Of a stretch of DNA of 27,888 nucleotides, positions 26,647 to 27,888 are shown piece by piece. Position numbers and translations under genes: made by a program. Position 1 is the first letter of the stretch, and every line of letters begins with the position of its first letter. The notes below the pieces were generated by a model, which ran no database searches, was not told the DNA's origin, and was given only the letters and a program-made list of their open reading frames with translations. Origin of the DNA: a virus (Duplodnaviria > Caudoviricetes); the IMG/VR virus record IMGVR_UViG_3300044676_006333, positions 1 to 27,888 of that record; one strand, given 5' to 3'.

Positions 26647-27886
26647 TTAATTCTCTTTGTTCTACTTTTTGTCTTAGTATATTTATTTGTGCTTGCTGCT
26701 CTTTAATAGCTTGCAATAATAGCGCAACAACTCTATCATACTTGACAGTTTTATATTTTTTATTAATAGGCGCAGTTGCAATAAGTTCAGGAGCAACCTC
26801 TTCAATTTGTTGAGCAATAAGGCCAAGTTTACGTCCATCATCTGGCAAGCCTAAACTTTTACCTAACCCATTTACTGTAAAATAAATTCCAGTGATTGAT
26901 TTTAATTTTTGAACTGCATCTTTTATTACTTCAATTTGTTCTTTTAATCTTTCATCTGAATAACCAGCAGTAATTCCGCCCCCTACCCAAATAGATCCTG
27001 TAGGACTTGACCACTGCGAAGAGTTAGTGCCAATTCTTAATCTACTACCAGTCAGCTCGTACGTTACAGAATCTGCGCCGCCCGGACCCTGCGGGCCCTG
27101 TGGTCCTCGTGGACCCTGTGGACCGCGATAGCCCCCAGGGCCTTGAACACCTTGATAACCTTGAGGACCCTGCGCACCTTGGCGTCCAGCTACGCCAGTT
27201 CTACCAGTAGGACCAGTTCCGCCTTGCGGTCCTCTTACGCCAGCTGTACCCTGTGGTCCTTGCGGTCCTCTTGAACCCTGTGGACCGCGCAAACCCTGCG
27301 CTCCTTGTCTGCCAGTATATCCTTGAACACCAGTTCTACCAGTAACAGACCCACTCGGTCCAGTTCCACCCTGTGGTCCTTGAACACCTTGAGCGCCAGA
27401 AGCTCCTTGAGTACCTTGATAACCTTGAACGCCAGTTCTACCACCCGTGCCAGTTACGCCACTAGATGCGCCAGTAACACCACCAACACCTGTTGCGCCC
27501 TGAGCACCAGTTGTGCCTGTTGGATTTGTACCTTGTCTACCTTGAAAACCAGAAACACCCTGAGCGCCCTGTCTACCACCAGCACCAGTTGCACCAGTTG
27601 CACCGGCTGGAGGAAGATTACCTAAACCAAGAAGATTAGCAATTGAAGGTTCGTTCCCGTCTATTTTATCTACGCGAGGATGGGCAAACTGTTGGTTAGT
27701 AGATGTATTAGTAGAATAATAAAGATATGTTCTATGCGTAGCGCCATTAGCATTAGCAGACCAAACGAAGTCACTATTTGATGCAATTTTATGTCCATCA
27801 GTAGTCCAAACACCAGTATCAGCGTCATTTGAACCAATACCTGTTCCAGCTGCCCAAACGTGACCTACAACTAAATACCATGTATC
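26639..27886 (-). CDS. Second collagen-like fibre protein with an S74 chaperone (N-terminus beyond the window edge)
   Basis: The frame is open from 27886 to the stop at 26639 (the track start at TTG 27292 is internal): [14 protein letters not shown]...HRTYLYYST...[18 protein letters not shown], then Gly-X-Y, then YSDERLK...[16 protein letters not shown]...[18 protein letters not shown]. Confidence 0.93.
   Translation of the reverse strand, partial: DTWYLVVGHVWAAGTGIGSNDADTGVWTTDGHKIASNSDFVWSANANGATHRTYLYYSTNTSTNQQFAHPRVDKIDGNEPSIANLLGLGNLPPAGATGATGAGGRQGAQGVSGFQGRQGTNPTGTTGAQGATGVGGVTGASSGVTGTGGRTGVQGYQGTQGASGAQGVQGPQGGTGPSGSVTGRTGVQGYTGRQGAQGLRGPQGSRGPQGPQGTAGVRGPQGGTGPTGRTGVAGRQGAQGPQGYQGVQGPGGYRGPQGPRGPQGPQGPGGADSVTYELTGSRLRIGTNSSQWSSPTGSIWVGGGITAGYSDERLKEQIEVIKDAVQKLKSITGIYFTVNGLGKSLGLPDDGRKLGLIAQQIEEVAPELIATAPINKKYKTVKYDRVVALLLQAIKEQQAQINILRQKVEQRELNG
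27077..27604 (-). repeat. Gly-X-Y collagen repeat of the second fibre
   Basis: [15 protein letters not shown]...[16 protein letters not shown], with interruptions GTNPTG, GASSG and GSVTG. Confidence 0.93.
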
Positions 27887-27888
27887 AG

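Noticed and set aside
26639-27292. 217-aa ORF starting at TTG 27292
   Set aside because: The frame stays open to the window edge, so the TTG is an internal Leu codon.
25300-27604. Repetitive DNA as a CRISPR array or DGR template/variable repeat
   Set aside because: The repeats are degenerate codon triplets with no repeat-spacer structure; no cas or reverse transcriptase gene is present and there is no adenine-specific mismatch pattern.
25305-27625. Many plus-strand and alternative-frame ORFs over the fibre genes, including the 235-aa 25518..26225 ORF, as overlapping genes or frameshift products
   Set aside because: These are expected shadows of 9-bp periodic, GC-rich Gly-X-Y codons that lack stops; I saw no RBS or slippery site, and the main frames are intact.

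Overview
The window is part of a T4-like (myovirus) phage genome and is coded almost entirely on the minus strand. The left 11.2 kb holds the canonical virion module in T4 order: g13-g14-(orf)-g15-g16-g17-g18-g19-g20-g67-like-g68-like-g21-g22-g23, with g23 cut by the left edge. Four intergenic T4 late-promoter boxes (TATAAATA) precede genes in this module. Upstream of g13, where T4 has g12/wac, lies an accessory block of about 16.7 kb. It holds two collagen-like fibre genes with C-terminal S74 auto-cleaving chaperones (one cut by the right edge). It also holds a cassette of seven modification-enzyme genes: six 2OG-Fe(II) dioxygenase domains in five ORFs, a GT2-TPR multidomain protein, a GT2-methyltransferase fusion and an RmlB-type NDP-glucose 4,6-dehydratase. 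A coiled-coil protein, a small protein and three Ser/Thr/Pro/Gly-rich putative virion proteins complete the block. The most interesting reading, which is inference, is a phage-encoded hydroxylation/O-glycosylation/methylation system that modifies the phage's own collagen fibres or other virion proteins. All family assignments come from motifs read by eye; no database search was run.
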